DNA from: Desulfomonilia bacterium
GTDB lineage: Bacteria; Desulfobacterota; Desulfomonilia; UBA1062
Direction of reading: 5' to 3'
Assembly (NCBI GenBank): GCA_050014195.1
Contig: JBEKDT010000001.1
Coordinates: 224,001-288,000, forward strand
DNA length: 64,000 nucleotides
Below the pieces are notes generated by a model. The model saw nothing but the letters and a program-made list of their open reading frames with translations. It made no database searches and was not told the DNA's origin. Positions 49,168 to 59,415 of the stretch are shown here, one piece after another (position 1 is the stretch's first letter; every line of letters begins with the position of its first letter). Both the position numbers and the translations under genes were made by a program.

Positions 49168-52100
49168 GCCTTTCTGATCTTGTTCACGTTGCTAGCCGGT
49201 TTCAACGCTCAATCCGCATAGATACGGATCTTCATGATTCGAAGATACTTGAAGGATTTGTTTGTCCAAGATCATCAGCATATGTGCTCCTTACAATGGC
49301 CCAGCACATTGTGGATACAGGCCACACGGCATTCACATGGACCGGTCCATACGGTAGTGGCAAATCAAGCCTAGTTGTTGCTTTAAGCGCACTTCTTAAT
49401 GGTAATTCCACACTACAAAACCAAGCTGTGGCTATTGTTGGAAAAAACATTACAGACACTCTATGGAAAGCCTTACCTCTTAAAAAGAAAGGGTGGCGTA
49501 TACTTCCTGTTGTTGGTCAACGTTCCGTTCCAGCAGAAGTTATTGGTAAAGCACTTATTACAAATGGCTTTATTAAAAAGAAGGATGTAGGAACCTGGAC
49601 AGATGATCTCGTGATTTCTCTTCTGATCAAGCTAGCCAAAGAGCGTTCCAATATATATGGCGGATTAATTGTCTTCCTCGATGAAATGGGGAAGTTTCTT
49701 GAGGGGGCTGCTCAAGATGGTGTTGATATCTACTTTTTTCAACAACTTGCTGAAATAGCCGTTCGAAGTAAAGGCCGCCTTCTTGTTATTGGTGTTCTGC
49801 ATCAAGCTTTTGAGGAATATGCACAGCGATTAACTCGTGATCAACGTGATGAATGGGCAAAAGTCCAAGGTCGTTTTATTGATCTTATTGTTAATACTGC
49901 AGGTGAAGAACAATTAGATCTGCTTGCCCGAGCTATTCAGAGCGATTATTCAGCCAAGCATCTAACATCTTTATGCCAAACGGTTGCGAATGTAGTAAGA
50001 GCTGGCAGGCCAAGTGCTGCTATTGATATGGCAATCACTTTAGAGCGTTGTTGGCCCCTTCATCCAGTAGTAGCGTGCCTACTCGGACCTATCTCTCGCC
50101 GACGATTTGGGCAAAATCAACGCAGCTTGTTTGGTTTTCTGAACTCGGCTGAACCTTTCGGGTTCCAAGACTTCCTTCACAATGCCAACGAGAAAGATAT
50201 CTTTGGTCCGGATCACTTATGGGACTACCTCCGAGTTAATTTGGAGCCTGCAATCATGTCTTCCCCAGATAGCCACAGGTGGTCTATAGCAGTGGAGGCA
50301 ATCGAACGTTGTGAGACTATGGGAGCATCTATGGTCCACATCCAACTTCTGAAGACTATAGCTCTTTTAGATCTTTTCCGTGAGCGATCAGGGTTAAGTG
50401 CAACCTATGACTTGTTAACAGATTCTGTACTAGGAAAGGTCTCTAATACAGAAGTGATTGATATTCTCAAGCAACTTCAATCCTGGTCATTAATTATTTA
50501 TCGTAAACATCTTGGTGCATTTGCTATTCATGCTGGAAGCGATTTTGATCTCGATCACGCTTTAAAGGAAATGCTTGTCTCTTTTCAAGATGTGGATTTC
50601 CGAGAACTACGTGCATTAGCAGGATTACAGCCTATCTTAGCAAAACGACATTACCACGAAACGGGAGCTCTTCGATGGTTTGACGTTGACCTTGCACCCC
50701 TCACTGATGTGACGACACATATATCTATAGAATCCTCCTCCAACGGAGCTATTGGCCGCTTTCTGCTTGTTATACCAACTGCAAATGAATCAAAATCTAT
50801 GGCTTCTCAAATCTGTCAGGCTGTTGTCCATACATCGAGTGAGAATGTTGTAATTGGGTTATCTACTGCTTCCTGGCGAGTGATAGATTTAGCTCGAGAG
50901 TTTATTGCTATCACAAAAATTAGCGAAGAACGCCCTGAACTGAGCGGAGATCCAGTAGCACGACGTGAAGTATTCGCCCATATAGCCGATGTCAGATCAC
51001 GATTAGAAGCAGAACTCCAAAAGATGTTTGATACTGCAAATTGGTATCGCTCTGGTGTTGATCCAGTTCGATATAGCTATTCTGAGCTTAACACTTTGGC
51101 CTCAAACATAGCAGATACTATGTATAGTCAAGCTCCAAAGCTTCCCAATGAACTACTAAATCGAAAAAAACCCTCATCGAATGCTGTTGCTGCTCAGAAA
51201 GCATTACTGAAATTGATGGTACAGCATGAGGGCGAACCACGTCTCTCAATTCGAGGATTTCCTGCAGAGGGTGGTCTCTTAGAGTCCTTACTCTTAAAAA
51301 CAGATCTTTACCGGTTCCTTCCAAAACGAGGCTGGCAGTTTTTAACCCCGTCAAAAAGACACGATCCATGCGGGCTACTTCCTGCTTGGAAAGCTGTAAC
51401 CGAAATCTTGAAAAATAATTCCCACCGCACTGTCTCCTTGGCTGAAATTTTTACAATATGGCAACAACCACCTTATGGAATTAAGAATGGCCTCTTACCT
51501 ATTCTCGCTGTAGCATTTCTTCTTGCCCAACGAGATAAATTGGCCTTTTATCGTGATGGCATATTCCAAGCTCGTTTTACTGATCTAGATGTTGATTACT
51601 TAACTAATGATCCATCATCGATCCAGTTTCGATGGATGGATTTATCATTCCTTTCAAGAAAATTTCTTTCGGGTCTTGCTAAGATAGTATGCGAACTTGA
51701 TAATCAGAATAGCCTTGTTCATTTGGAACCAATCGATGTGGCACGTGGGCTCGTAGGTATTTTTGAGAATCTCAGACCATGGGTGAAGAGGACTAGTCGC
51801 CTCTCTGCAAGTGCTCTCCAAGTCCGTTCAATCTTTAAATCAGCTTCGGATCCGAACAAGTTCCTGTTCGATGATATACCGGGAATATTTGGAGAGATTG
51901 ATGCGAAAGAACCAGAACTTAATATAGAGCAAGTTATTAATTGTGTTCGAGAAGGTCTCTTTGAACTGATTCAGGCTTATTCTCATATGCTAGATAGGCT
52001 TCAACAAATGATGCTCATGGAACTTCAAGTCCCTAATACATCTCCCCAAGCATATGGTGAGCTGCGTGATCGCGCAGAAAACATTATTCAACTAACAGGG

Positions 52101-52559
52101 GATTTTCGACTAAATGCTTTTATAGGCCGATTGAGTCAGTTTAATGGTTCCGAAATGGACATTGAGGGAATTGCAAGTCTTGCAGCTAACAAACCCCCTC
52201 GAGACTGGGTCGATGCTGACCTTGATCAAGCGGGGATAGAAATTGCAGACTTAGCGCAAAGATTTATTCGAGCAGAAGCGTACGCCCGAGTGAAAGGGCG
52301 CCCAGATAAACGGCAAGCCATGGCAGTCGTTATCGGAATGGATGGGCGCCCAACGCCAGTAACAGGTGAGTTTACAATTACTGATACAGAGAGAGTTGCA
52401 GTTGATGATATAGTTGCAAAGGTCGAGCAAGCTCTTTCGAGCACAGATCAGCATGGAAGAAATATTATTCTTGCCGCACTTGCTGAGATGAGTGCCCGGT
52501 ATTTGAATGATGATATTGAGGGTCAAATATCAAAGATGGTAGCCAAGAAAGTAGGCTGA
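49164..52559 (+). CDS. Large P-loop ATPase, SspC-like
   Basis: RFQRSIRI, Walker A GPYGSGKS, Walker B FLDEMGKFLE, LHQAF, WAKVQGRF, WPLHP, FGQNQRSLFGFL, PPYGIK. Confidence 0.82.
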   Translation: MSLSDLVHVASRFQRSIRIDTDLHDSKILEGFVCPRSSAYVLLTMAQHIVDTGHTAFTWTGPYGSGKSSLVVALSALLNGNSTLQNQAVAIVGKNITDTLWKALPLKKKGWRILPVVGQRSVPAEVIGKALITNGFIKKKDVGTWTDDLVISLLIKLAKERSNIYGGLIVFLDEMGKFLEGAAQDGVDIYFFQQLAEIAVRSKGRLLVIGVLHQAFEEYAQRLTRDQRDEWAKVQGRFIDLIVNTAGEEQLDLLARAIQSDYSAKHLTSLCQTVANVVRAGRPSAAIDMAITLERCWPLHPVVACLLGPISRRRFGQNQRSLFGFLNSAEPFGFQDFLHNANEKDIFGPDHLWDYLRVNLEPAIMSSPDSHRWSIAVEAIERCETMGASMVHIQLLKTIALLDLFRERSGLSATYDLLTDSVLGKVSNTEVIDILKQLQSWSLIIYRKHLGAFAIHAGSDFDLDHALKEMLVSFQDVDFRELRALAGLQPILAKRHYHETGALRWFDVDLAPLTDVTTHISIESSSNGAIGRFLLVIPTANESKSMASQICQAVVHTSSENVVIGLSTASWRVIDLAREFIAITKISEERPELSGDPVARREVFAHIADVRSRLEAELQKMFDTANWYRSGVDPVRYSYSELNTLASNIADTMYSQAPKLPNELLNRKKPSSNAVAAQKALLKLMVQHEGEPRLSIRGFPAEGGLLESLLLKTDLYRFLPKRGWQFLTPSKRHDPCGLLPAWKAVTEILKNNSHRTVSLAEIFTIWQQPPYGIKNGLLPILAVAFLLAQRDKLAFYRDGIFQARFTDLDVDYLTNDPSSIQFRWMDLSFLSRKFLSGLAKIVCELDNQNSLVHLEPIDVARGLVGIFENLRPWVKRTSRLSASALQVRSIFKSASDPNKFLFDDIPGIFGEIDAKEPELNIEQVINCVREGLFELIQAYSHMLDRLQQMMLMELQVPNTSPQAYGELRDRAENIIQLTGDFRLNAFIGRLSQFNGSEMDIEGIASLAANKPPRDWVDADLDQAGIEIADLAQRFIRAEAYARVKGRPDKRQAMAVVIGMDGRPTPVTGEFTITDTERVAVDDIVAKVEQALSSTDQHGRNIILAALAEMSARYLNDDIEGQISKMVAKKVG

Positions 52560-52561
52560 AA

Positions 52562-53398
52562 ATGAGTGAAGGGGAAAGGCATGTGCTTGGCCTATCAGGG
52601 GGGCGTGATAGCGCCGCATTGGCTGTGTACATGCGACAACACCATCCTGAACTTGACATCGACTTCTTTTTTACTGACACAGGGAAGGAACTACCTGAAG
52701 TTTATGAATTTCTCGGACGCTTGGAAGGTTTTCTGGGAAAACCAATTTTACGATTAAATCCCGACCGAGATTTTGATTTCTGGTTAAAACAGTATAACAA
52801 CTTCCTTCCCTCAGCTCAGACGAGGTGGTGTACCCGTCAGTTGAAGCTTCGCCCTTTTGAAGATTGGTTGCGTCCTCAATTGGATGCAGGGATGAAGATA
52901 TTTAGTTATGTGGCAATTCGAGCAGATGAAAACTACCGAGATGGCTATACTTCAAAAAAAGAAAGATTGACTGTATGCCTACCCTTCAAATCCGCCGGGA
53001 TTGACAAAATCGGTGTTTTAGATATTTTGGATAATGCTGGCCTAGGTCTCCCGAAATACTACGCATGGAGAACTCGCTCCGGGTGCACCTTCTGCTTTTT
53101 TCAACAGAAGATTGAGTGGGTTCGTTTATTAGAACATCACCCCGACAAATTCGATGAGGCAAAGCAATATGAGAAAACAGCAGTGGAACACTGTTCACCA
53201 TTTACATGGAGCCAAGGAGAATCGCTAGAGGCCTTATCAAAACCAGAACGTATCGAAGCCATTAAGAATGATCACGAAATGCGTTTGTCACGTTTAAAGT
53301 GTAATACCAGGCCAAATCCTTTACGGTCAGAAAATGAACCGCTTGATATTGATGACCTTTACGGGCAAGCTAAAGTATGTTTAGCCTGCCATAAGTAA
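52562..53398 (+). CDS. PAPS-reductase-fold protein, SspD-like
   Basis: PP-loop SGGRDS, DTGKELPE, RWCTRQLK, IRADE, RSGCTFCFFQ, C-terminal CLACH. Confidence 0.87.
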   Translation: MSEGERHVLGLSGGRDSAALAVYMRQHHPELDIDFFFTDTGKELPEVYEFLGRLEGFLGKPILRLNPDRDFDFWLKQYNNFLPSAQTRWCTRQLKLRPFEDWLRPQLDAGMKIFSYVAIRADENYRDGYTSKKERLTVCLPFKSAGIDKIGVLDILDNAGLGLPKYYAWRTRSGCTFCFFQQKIEWVRLLEHHPDKFDEAKQYEKTAVEHCSPFTWSQGESLEALSKPERIEAIKNDHEMRLSRLKCNTRPNPLRSENEPLDIDDLYGQAKVCLACHK

Positions 53399-53418
53399 TT
53401 TCCTAGGAGGACAAAAGA

Positions 53419-55056
53419 ATGTCCGGAGCCCCAGGAATCTCGATTCAAAATGTCCTTAGAAGTGCTCCGGAGAAAGCACTTCGAGACTTTGTAGGTGATT
53501 CGACGATCAATGTTTTATCAGCACTTAATCCAGACTTGGTCACAAAAGATAATTTAGTGGAGCTTGCAAATCAATCAGCATCCCCATTTGAAATTATACA
53601 GCGAAAGGCATTGCGTGATCGTCTTATTGGACTTCTTCCAATCAATAAGGCGCAAGAGCTCGCAAAAAAGATGGGTATACCTGCAGAGAGTAAGTTCCTC
53701 TATGACCGTCTTATTATTGAAGCAAACGAAAGGCGAGCAGAGTCTATTCTTCTAAGTTTCTTTGGTGTTGTCATTCCCGATCGGGCACGAGGGGCTGAAG
53801 AGGCAGCCCAAAAGGAAATATTTCCGACATATAGCTTGTTTCCTCACCAAAGAAGTGTTGTAGAGCGCGCTCTTGTTGCGTTACATGAAGATCCATACAA
53901 GACGGTGGTACATATGCCTACAGGGTCGGGTAAGACACGCACTGCGATGCATATAGTGGCTGATGTACTTAATAAGAACCCCAATCGTTTGGTGATATGG
54001 CTGTCACAGAGTGCAGAATTATTGGAGCAAGCTGCAGATGAATTTGAGAAAGCATGGGGAGCTCTTGGCTCGTTTTCCACATCAGTTTACCGTTTCTGGG
54101 GGGATCATGATCCAAACATAGAAGAAGCTCGTAAGGGGTTTCTTGTTGCTGGTCTAGGTAAGCTTCATGCTTTATCAAAGCGTGATGCTAACATGATAAT
54201 GAGGCTTGGTGATCGTGCACCGTTAACGGTTTTTGATGAGGCGCACCAGGCAATTGCCCCAACATTCAAGTCTCTTATTAATTATCTTAAAGATAAGAAG
54301 CCAGGAAACGCTCTATTAGGTTTAACCGCAACACCTGGTAGAACATGGGCAAATATAGCAGCCGATGCTGTTTTGTCTGATTTTTTCGGTAACCATAAGG
54401 TGGTCTTAGAAATTGAAGGTTACACTAATCCCGTCCACTATTTAATTGAAGAAGGGTATCTTGCTCGACCAACATTCAGAACCTTGAATGTTGACCCAGG
54501 CTTTAATATTTCAGAAAAAGATTTAAATGATATGTCCGAGGAATATGACATCCCCACCTCAGTGCTCGATAAACTTGCCATGAATGATCAGCGGAACATC
54601 CGAATTATCACAACAGTTGAGGATTTATGCCAGAGGCATAATAGAATAATAGTTTTTGCTGCAACAGTTGGACATGCTCACTTGATCTCATCCATACTGA
54701 CTTTACGTGGAACTCACTCATTTGTAATAACCGGTTATACAGATCGTACAACCCGTGAGAGTATCATTGCTAAGTTCAAAAGCAATACCTCTGAACCGTT
54801 GGTTCTTTGTAATTTTGGCGTACTTACAACAGGTTTTGATGCTCCAAAGACAAGTGCTTTAATTATTGCCCGCCCTACCAGGTCTCTGGTATTATATAGT
54901 CAAATGGTTGGCCGTGCCATTCGTGGCGAACGTGCGGGGGGCAACAAATCCGCAGAAATCGTTACAGTCGTAGACCCACAGTTGCCCGGATTTGGTGATA
55001 TTGCAGATGCATTCACAAATTGGGAGGATGTTTGGGGCGATGACAAATGCATGTGA
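53419..55056 (+). CDS. SF2 DEAH helicase (Res-subunit-like)
   Basis: MPTGSGKT, DEAH, TATP, LTTGFDAP, QMVGRAIR. Confidence 0.9.
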   Translation: MSGAPGISIQNVLRSAPEKALRDFVGDSTINVLSALNPDLVTKDNLVELANQSASPFEIIQRKALRDRLIGLLPINKAQELAKKMGIPAESKFLYDRLIIEANERRAESILLSFFGVVIPDRARGAEEAAQKEIFPTYSLFPHQRSVVERALVALHEDPYKTVVHMPTGSGKTRTAMHIVADVLNKNPNRLVIWLSQSAELLEQAADEFEKAWGALGSFSTSVYRFWGDHDPNIEEARKGFLVAGLGKLHALSKRDANMIMRLGDRAPLTVFDEAHQAIAPTFKSLINYLKDKKPGNALLGLTATPGRTWANIAADAVLSDFFGNHKVVLEIEGYTNPVHYLIEEGYLARPTFRTLNVDPGFNISEKDLNDMSEEYDIPTSVLDKLAMNDQRNIRIITTVEDLCQRHNRIIVFAATVGHAHLISSILTLRGTHSFVITGYTDRTTRESIIAKFKSNTSEPLVLCNFGVLTTGFDAPKTSALIIARPTRSLVLYSQMVGRAIRGERAGGNKSAEIVTVVDPQLPGFGDIADAFTNWEDVWGDDKCM

Positions 55057-56863
55057 TGATGTTCAAAATGGAAGTGTAATTATCCCTACCAATCTTGCTA
55101 TCCGCGCAATGCGTGATAGTGGTTATCGTAATACTGCTCATGCTTTAGCAGAGTTAATAGATAACTCTGTACAAGCGACAGCAACAACAGTCGAAGTCTT
55201 CTGTATAGAGGAGATGGTCAGTGTAAACGGAAAACAGCGACGTCGGGTCACCAAGATCGCTGTTCTAGATAATGGTACGGGCATGCCACCAGAAGTACTA
55301 CGAATGGCTCTTCAATTTGGTAATGGCACTCACCTAAATGATCGATCTGGAATTGGACGTTTCGGGATAGGACTCCCGAATGCCTCCATCTCTCAAGGAA
55401 AACGAGTTGACATCTGGACATGGCAAAGCGGTCCAGACAATGCAATTTATAGCTATCTGGATGTTGATGAGATTGAAAAAGGGCAGATTCAGTTTGTTCC
55501 CGAACCGGAACATGATCCTATACCATCTGAATGGCGTAATCGAGGTAGAAGCTTTGGAACGACAGGATCTCTCGTCGTTTGGAGTAATTTCGATGATCAA
55601 CGACTAACATGGAAGAGTGCTCGGGCAACTCTTGAGAACACTGAGTGGATCGTTGGTAGGATATATCGCAAGTATATACATAAAGGTGATCTACGGATTC
55701 AGTTACGTGCTTTTGATGGAATGAATATTCTTTTCGAAAGGGATACATGCGTAAATGATCCACTATATCAAATGGCCCCATCCTCAACGCCGGCACCATT
55801 CAATAACAAACCGATGTTCGAGCAATGGGGTGAAGATGATCAAGTCTTCGATATAAATTTCAAAGGAACGAATCACAAAGTCATAGTCCGAGCTTCTTGG
55901 GCAAATCGAGAAACACTACCCGAGGACGGAACAGATCGTGGTTCTAAAGACTATGGTAAGCATGCAGGGAAGAATATTGGTGTCTCAATTGTAAGGGCTG
56001 ATCGAGAACTTGTTTTGGATCCTTCCTGGGCTATTGGATATGACCCCGTTGAGCGGTGGTGGGGTATTGAAGTTAACTTTCCTCCTGAACTTGATGAGAT
56101 CTTTGGCGTCACAAACAACAAGCAGGCAGCAACAATTTTTTCCCACATGGTCAACTTCGATTGGAAAACCGAAGCGGATCCGGGAGAGGAGTACCTTGAC
56201 TTCAAACGCCGGATCTCTGAAGAAGGTGATCATCGTGCAGATCTACTAGATATCGTTAATTACATCCGGACAATTCTCTCACGCATCCGAAGTGCATTAA
56301 GTGACCAAACTAAGGGAAGACGATCAGGGGCGAAGCGTCATGATGATACTTCTGTAGAAGACCGCGCCTCGACAAAGTTCAAGGAAAGAGCACGTTCTGG
56401 CCATGAAGCAGAATCCGACAGTGGTGTTTTTGACAAAGATGCTCAAAACGCCCTTCTGGAAGATTTGGTAACAGAAAAGAACTATGAAGAAGACACAGCA
56501 AAACAGATGGTTGAAGCAACCCTACGTCGAGGTCGAAATGTAATTTTCATAGAGTCCGCAAGCGAGATGGACGCCTTTTTTTCTGTGGAGCAAAAACCCG
56601 GCGGCATCACCCAAGTTATCTTTAATAGCTCACACCCAGCTTATGATTATCTCATCAAAACACTTGAATCAGATACTACAGAGGCAACAGATAAAGAATT
56701 AATAGGTCGTATTCAAAATGCTTCTGATACAATCTGGATGCTCTTCGCGGCATGGGCGCGACAAGAGATCGAGGACATGCCTGGGCGTGAAAAGCTACGT
56801 CGGATGCGACATGACTGGGGGCGGATGGCTCGGGATTTCCTCTCCGATGATACAGAGGACTAA
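55040..56863 (+). CDS. MORC-like GHKL ATPase
   Basis: AMRDSGY, ALAELIDNS, DNGTGM, GRFGIGL Bergerat motifs, S5-like region with GVTNNKQ. Confidence 0.85.
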   Translation: MTNACDDVQNGSVIIPTNLAIRAMRDSGYRNTAHALAELIDNSVQATATTVEVFCIEEMVSVNGKQRRRVTKIAVLDNGTGMPPEVLRMALQFGNGTHLNDRSGIGRFGIGLPNASISQGKRVDIWTWQSGPDNAIYSYLDVDEIEKGQIQFVPEPEHDPIPSEWRNRGRSFGTTGSLVVWSNFDDQRLTWKSARATLENTEWIVGRIYRKYIHKGDLRIQLRAFDGMNILFERDTCVNDPLYQMAPSSTPAPFNNKPMFEQWGEDDQVFDINFKGTNHKVIVRASWANRETLPEDGTDRGSKDYGKHAGKNIGVSIVRADRELVLDPSWAIGYDPVERWWGIEVNFPPELDEIFGVTNNKQAATIFSHMVNFDWKTEADPGEEYLDFKRRISEEGDHRADLLDIVNYIRTILSRIRSALSDQTKGRRSGAKRHDDTSVEDRASTKFKERARSGHEAESDSGVFDKDAQNALLEDLVTEKNYEEDTAKQMVEATLRRGRNVIFIESASEMDAFFSVEQKPGGITQVIFNSSHPAYDYLIKTLESDTTEATDKELIGRIQNASDTIWMLFAAWARQEIEDMPGREKLRRMRHDWGRMARDFLSDDTED

Positions 56864-56868
56864 TATCT

Positions 56869-57792
56869 GTGCTCGGTGAAAAGCTTCTTATAGCTGCTCG
56901 TGATGCGCAGCACGATATTACACTCATTGCCCCTTTTATAAAGGTTGATGCGTTGACGAAGGTTCTTGATAATGTTAATGCATCCATACCTCTCCGAATT
57001 ATTACAAGATGGATTCCAGCCGAAATCGCCGCAGGCATCTGTGACCTGGAAATTTTCGATATACTACAAGGAAGATCAAATTCTGAATTATTTGTTCATC
57101 CTTTTCTACACGCGAAGCTCTTCCGTTTTGATGATGTGGCCTTCTTTGGTTCAGCTAACCTAACTCGTAAAGCTCTTGGTTGGGCTGCACCTGCAAATGT
57201 CGAATTACTGCATGCCCCAAAAGATATGCTCAACGAGCTCAAAACCTTTGAAGTTGAGCTCATGGCATCTGTAATCCGAGTAGATGAGGTATATCGTGAC
57301 TTTATGTGCAAGCTAGTGGAGAAAGCAAAATCACAACCAATTGCAATAGCAGAGTTATTTGATGCAGAAACACACCAAGTGGAGTATTCTTGGCTGCCGA
57401 AATGTCGTACACCTGAATGGTTGTGGTTAGTGTACACTAACCCAGAAAAAGCAAGAACTCACATGGTTGAGTCGGCTTTTGAGGCTGCACAAATGGATTT
57501 GGTTACGCTTTACATCACACCAGGACTCCCCGAAACGTTATTCAATCAGCATGTGGCTGCTATTTTTGGAAGGATGCCATTGGTACAAGAGATCGATATC
57601 AGCGCCCGCGAAGGTGTAACAACAGATAAAGCAGTAGAGCTAATTGAAAGTGCAGCTAGTGGAGCTGAGTTACCCTATTCACCTTCTGATACTTGGGAAG
57701 TTTTAATGATGTGGCTTATGCATTTCTTCCCGCAACGTTATCGTAGAGAGCCAGAGACAGAGGTGTTTAGGCAAGGGCGTGTAATTGGTTGA
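56869..57792 (+). CDS. Phospholipase D-fold (single HKD) putative nuclease
   Basis: IAPF, HAKLFRFDD..FGSANLT, NVE motifs. Confidence 0.82.
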   Translation: MLGEKLLIAARDAQHDITLIAPFIKVDALTKVLDNVNASIPLRIITRWIPAEIAAGICDLEIFDILQGRSNSELFVHPFLHAKLFRFDDVAFFGSANLTRKALGWAAPANVELLHAPKDMLNELKTFEVELMASVIRVDEVYRDFMCKLVEKAKSQPIAIAELFDAETHQVEYSWLPKCRTPEWLWLVYTNPEKARTHMVESAFEAAQMDLVTLYITPGLPETLFNQHVAAIFGRMPLVQEIDISAREGVTTDKAVELIESAASGAELPYSPSDTWEVLMMWLMHFFPQRYRREPETEVFRQGRVIG

Positions 57793-58013
57793 TCTATGCA
57801 CTCAATAATATTGTAACCTTCATTTATCACAGGAACTTTCTTTCCTTATATAACAAATCTATATTCAATCCCATACTCCATAGTGGCACATTCTATGTGC
57901 AATTGCCTAGGCACTCCAGATTTACATACTCCTTGTTATCGGCTATTTCATACCCATAAATTTTCCCTGTGTAGGTCCATTATCTACAGAAGCAGACCCA
58001 TTGTTAATATATA

Positions 58014-59292
58014 GGGTACCTCTAAAAATTCATTAGGATCAGAGTAGATATAAAGTGCTATAATACATTGAATATGTTATATAAATAGTGGTTTTTGATA
58101 GATTTTGAGGGGGTTAAGATGAAGCAGCTTGGGTTGTTTGATATTGAGAATAGATATGACCGGATAGATAAATGCGGAGACCCGCTTATGAAGTTGAACG
58201 AGGTGATAGACTGGGAAGAGTTTCGCCCGGGGCTCATGAAGGTGAGGGAGAAAGAACGGAAGAGCAATGCTGGAGCGAAGCCGTACGATGTAGTGCTGAT
58301 GTTCAAGAGCTTGATCATCCAGTCTCTGTACAATCTTTCTGATGAAGAGCTGGAGTATCAGATGTTGGATCGGTGGACATTCATGAGGTTTTTGGGAGTT
58401 GGACCTGGGGATCGGATACCTGATGCGAAGACGATCTGGCTTTTCCGGGAGCAGTTGAAGGAGGCTGGGCTTGTAGAGGAGCTGTTTAAGATGTTTGATA
58501 GGCATCTTCAGGTGAGTGGATATGTAGCCCGGAAGGGGCAGATTGTGGATGCCAGCATAGTGTCGGTACCGAAGCAGAGGAACACCAGGGAGGAGAATGC
58601 ATTGATCAAGGAGGGCTCTGAGCCAGAGGACTGGAATGAAGCGAAGCGTCGGCAGAAGGACACAGACGCAAGGTGGTTGAAGAAGAACGGCAAGAACTAT
58701 TATGGGTATAAGAACCATGTCAATGTGGATGTGAAGCACAAGCTGATACGGGGCTATGCGGTTACGGATGCAAGCGTGCATGACTCTCAGGTTTTTGGAG
58801 ATCTTCTCCATGAAGGGAACCGGAGTAAGGATGTGTATGGTGATAGTGCCTATCGATCTGAGGAAATCCTGGAGATGCTGAAGGGGCAAGGATATCGTGA
58901 GCATCTACAGCGCAAGGGATACCGTCATCGTAAGTTAACAGACTGGGAGAAACAAGGGAATCACACCAGGTCAAAGATACGATCCCGCATAGAGCATGTA
59001 TTTGGAGTGCAAGCCATGATGGCTGGAGATCTGATATTACGGACAATAGGGATTGCACGTGCACGGGTAAAAATAGGGTTGAGGAACTTGGCCTACAACA
59101 TGTTTCGTTTCCATACGCTTGCTGCTGTCAGGTGAAGTGCGTCCAAATGGTTGGAATCATGTTACAGAGGGATCAGAAATCGCAGATTACCCCCATAAAG
59201 AATCGCTTCAGTGGCTATGATTCACAGGTAATGCATGGACAAATCAATTCCATTATAATGATTTTCAGAAAAGTGAATTATTAGAGGTGGCC
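58014..59292 (+). mobile_element. IS5-family insertion sequence, 1279 bp, apparently intact
   Basis: Terminal IRs GGGTACCTCTAAAAATTCA / GGCCACCTCTAATAATTCA (16/19), TATA on both flanks (58010-58013, 59293-59296). Confidence 0.88.
58119..59135 (+). CDS. IS5-family DDE transposase
   Basis: YNLSD..E, PDAKTIWLFRE, IVDASI, YGYKNH, YGDSAY, RSRIEHVFG. Confidence 0.93.
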   Translation: MKQLGLFDIENRYDRIDKCGDPLMKLNEVIDWEEFRPGLMKVREKERKSNAGAKPYDVVLMFKSLIIQSLYNLSDEELEYQMLDRWTFMRFLGVGPGDRIPDAKTIWLFREQLKEAGLVEELFKMFDRHLQVSGYVARKGQIVDASIVSVPKQRNTREENALIKEGSEPEDWNEAKRRQKDTDARWLKKNGKNYYGYKNHVNVDVKHKLIRGYAVTDASVHDSQVFGDLLHEGNRSKDVYGDSAYRSEEILEMLKGQGYREHLQRKGYRHRKLTDWEKQGNHTRSKIRSRIEHVFGVQAMMAGDLILRTIGIARARVKIGLRNLAYNMFRFHTLAAVR

Positions 59293-59415
59293 TATATTCA
59301 TTGCCGTTTGGTACAACAGAGAGTCGCTTTTCCTGTGAATCGAGGTATAAAGAGAATGTGTCCCTGATTTCGTTTCCCTCAGCCCTCAGCAGTTCCTTGT
59401 TTCGTGATAGTCAAC

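Larger units (their letters stand above)
45142..57792. mobile_element. AT-rich defence island downstream of tRNA-Cys; right boundary not determined, no integrase in window
   Basis: Abrupt shift to AT-rich sequence and A/T-ending codons right after the tRNA; defence-type gene content. Confidence 0.7.

Noticed and set aside
48196-57792. Calling the locus BREX or DndBCDE
   Set aside because: No PglZ, PglX or BrxL, and no DndD SMC-like/DndE/DndB genes; DUF4007 + ATPase + short PAPS-reductase order fits Ssp better.
58077-58904. 275-aa antisense ORF within the IS
   Set aside because: Shadow of the transposase frame with no recognisable motifs.
57793-59415. A gene interrupted by the IS
   Set aside because: Rejoining the flanks gives only short frames with no start or recognisable motif.
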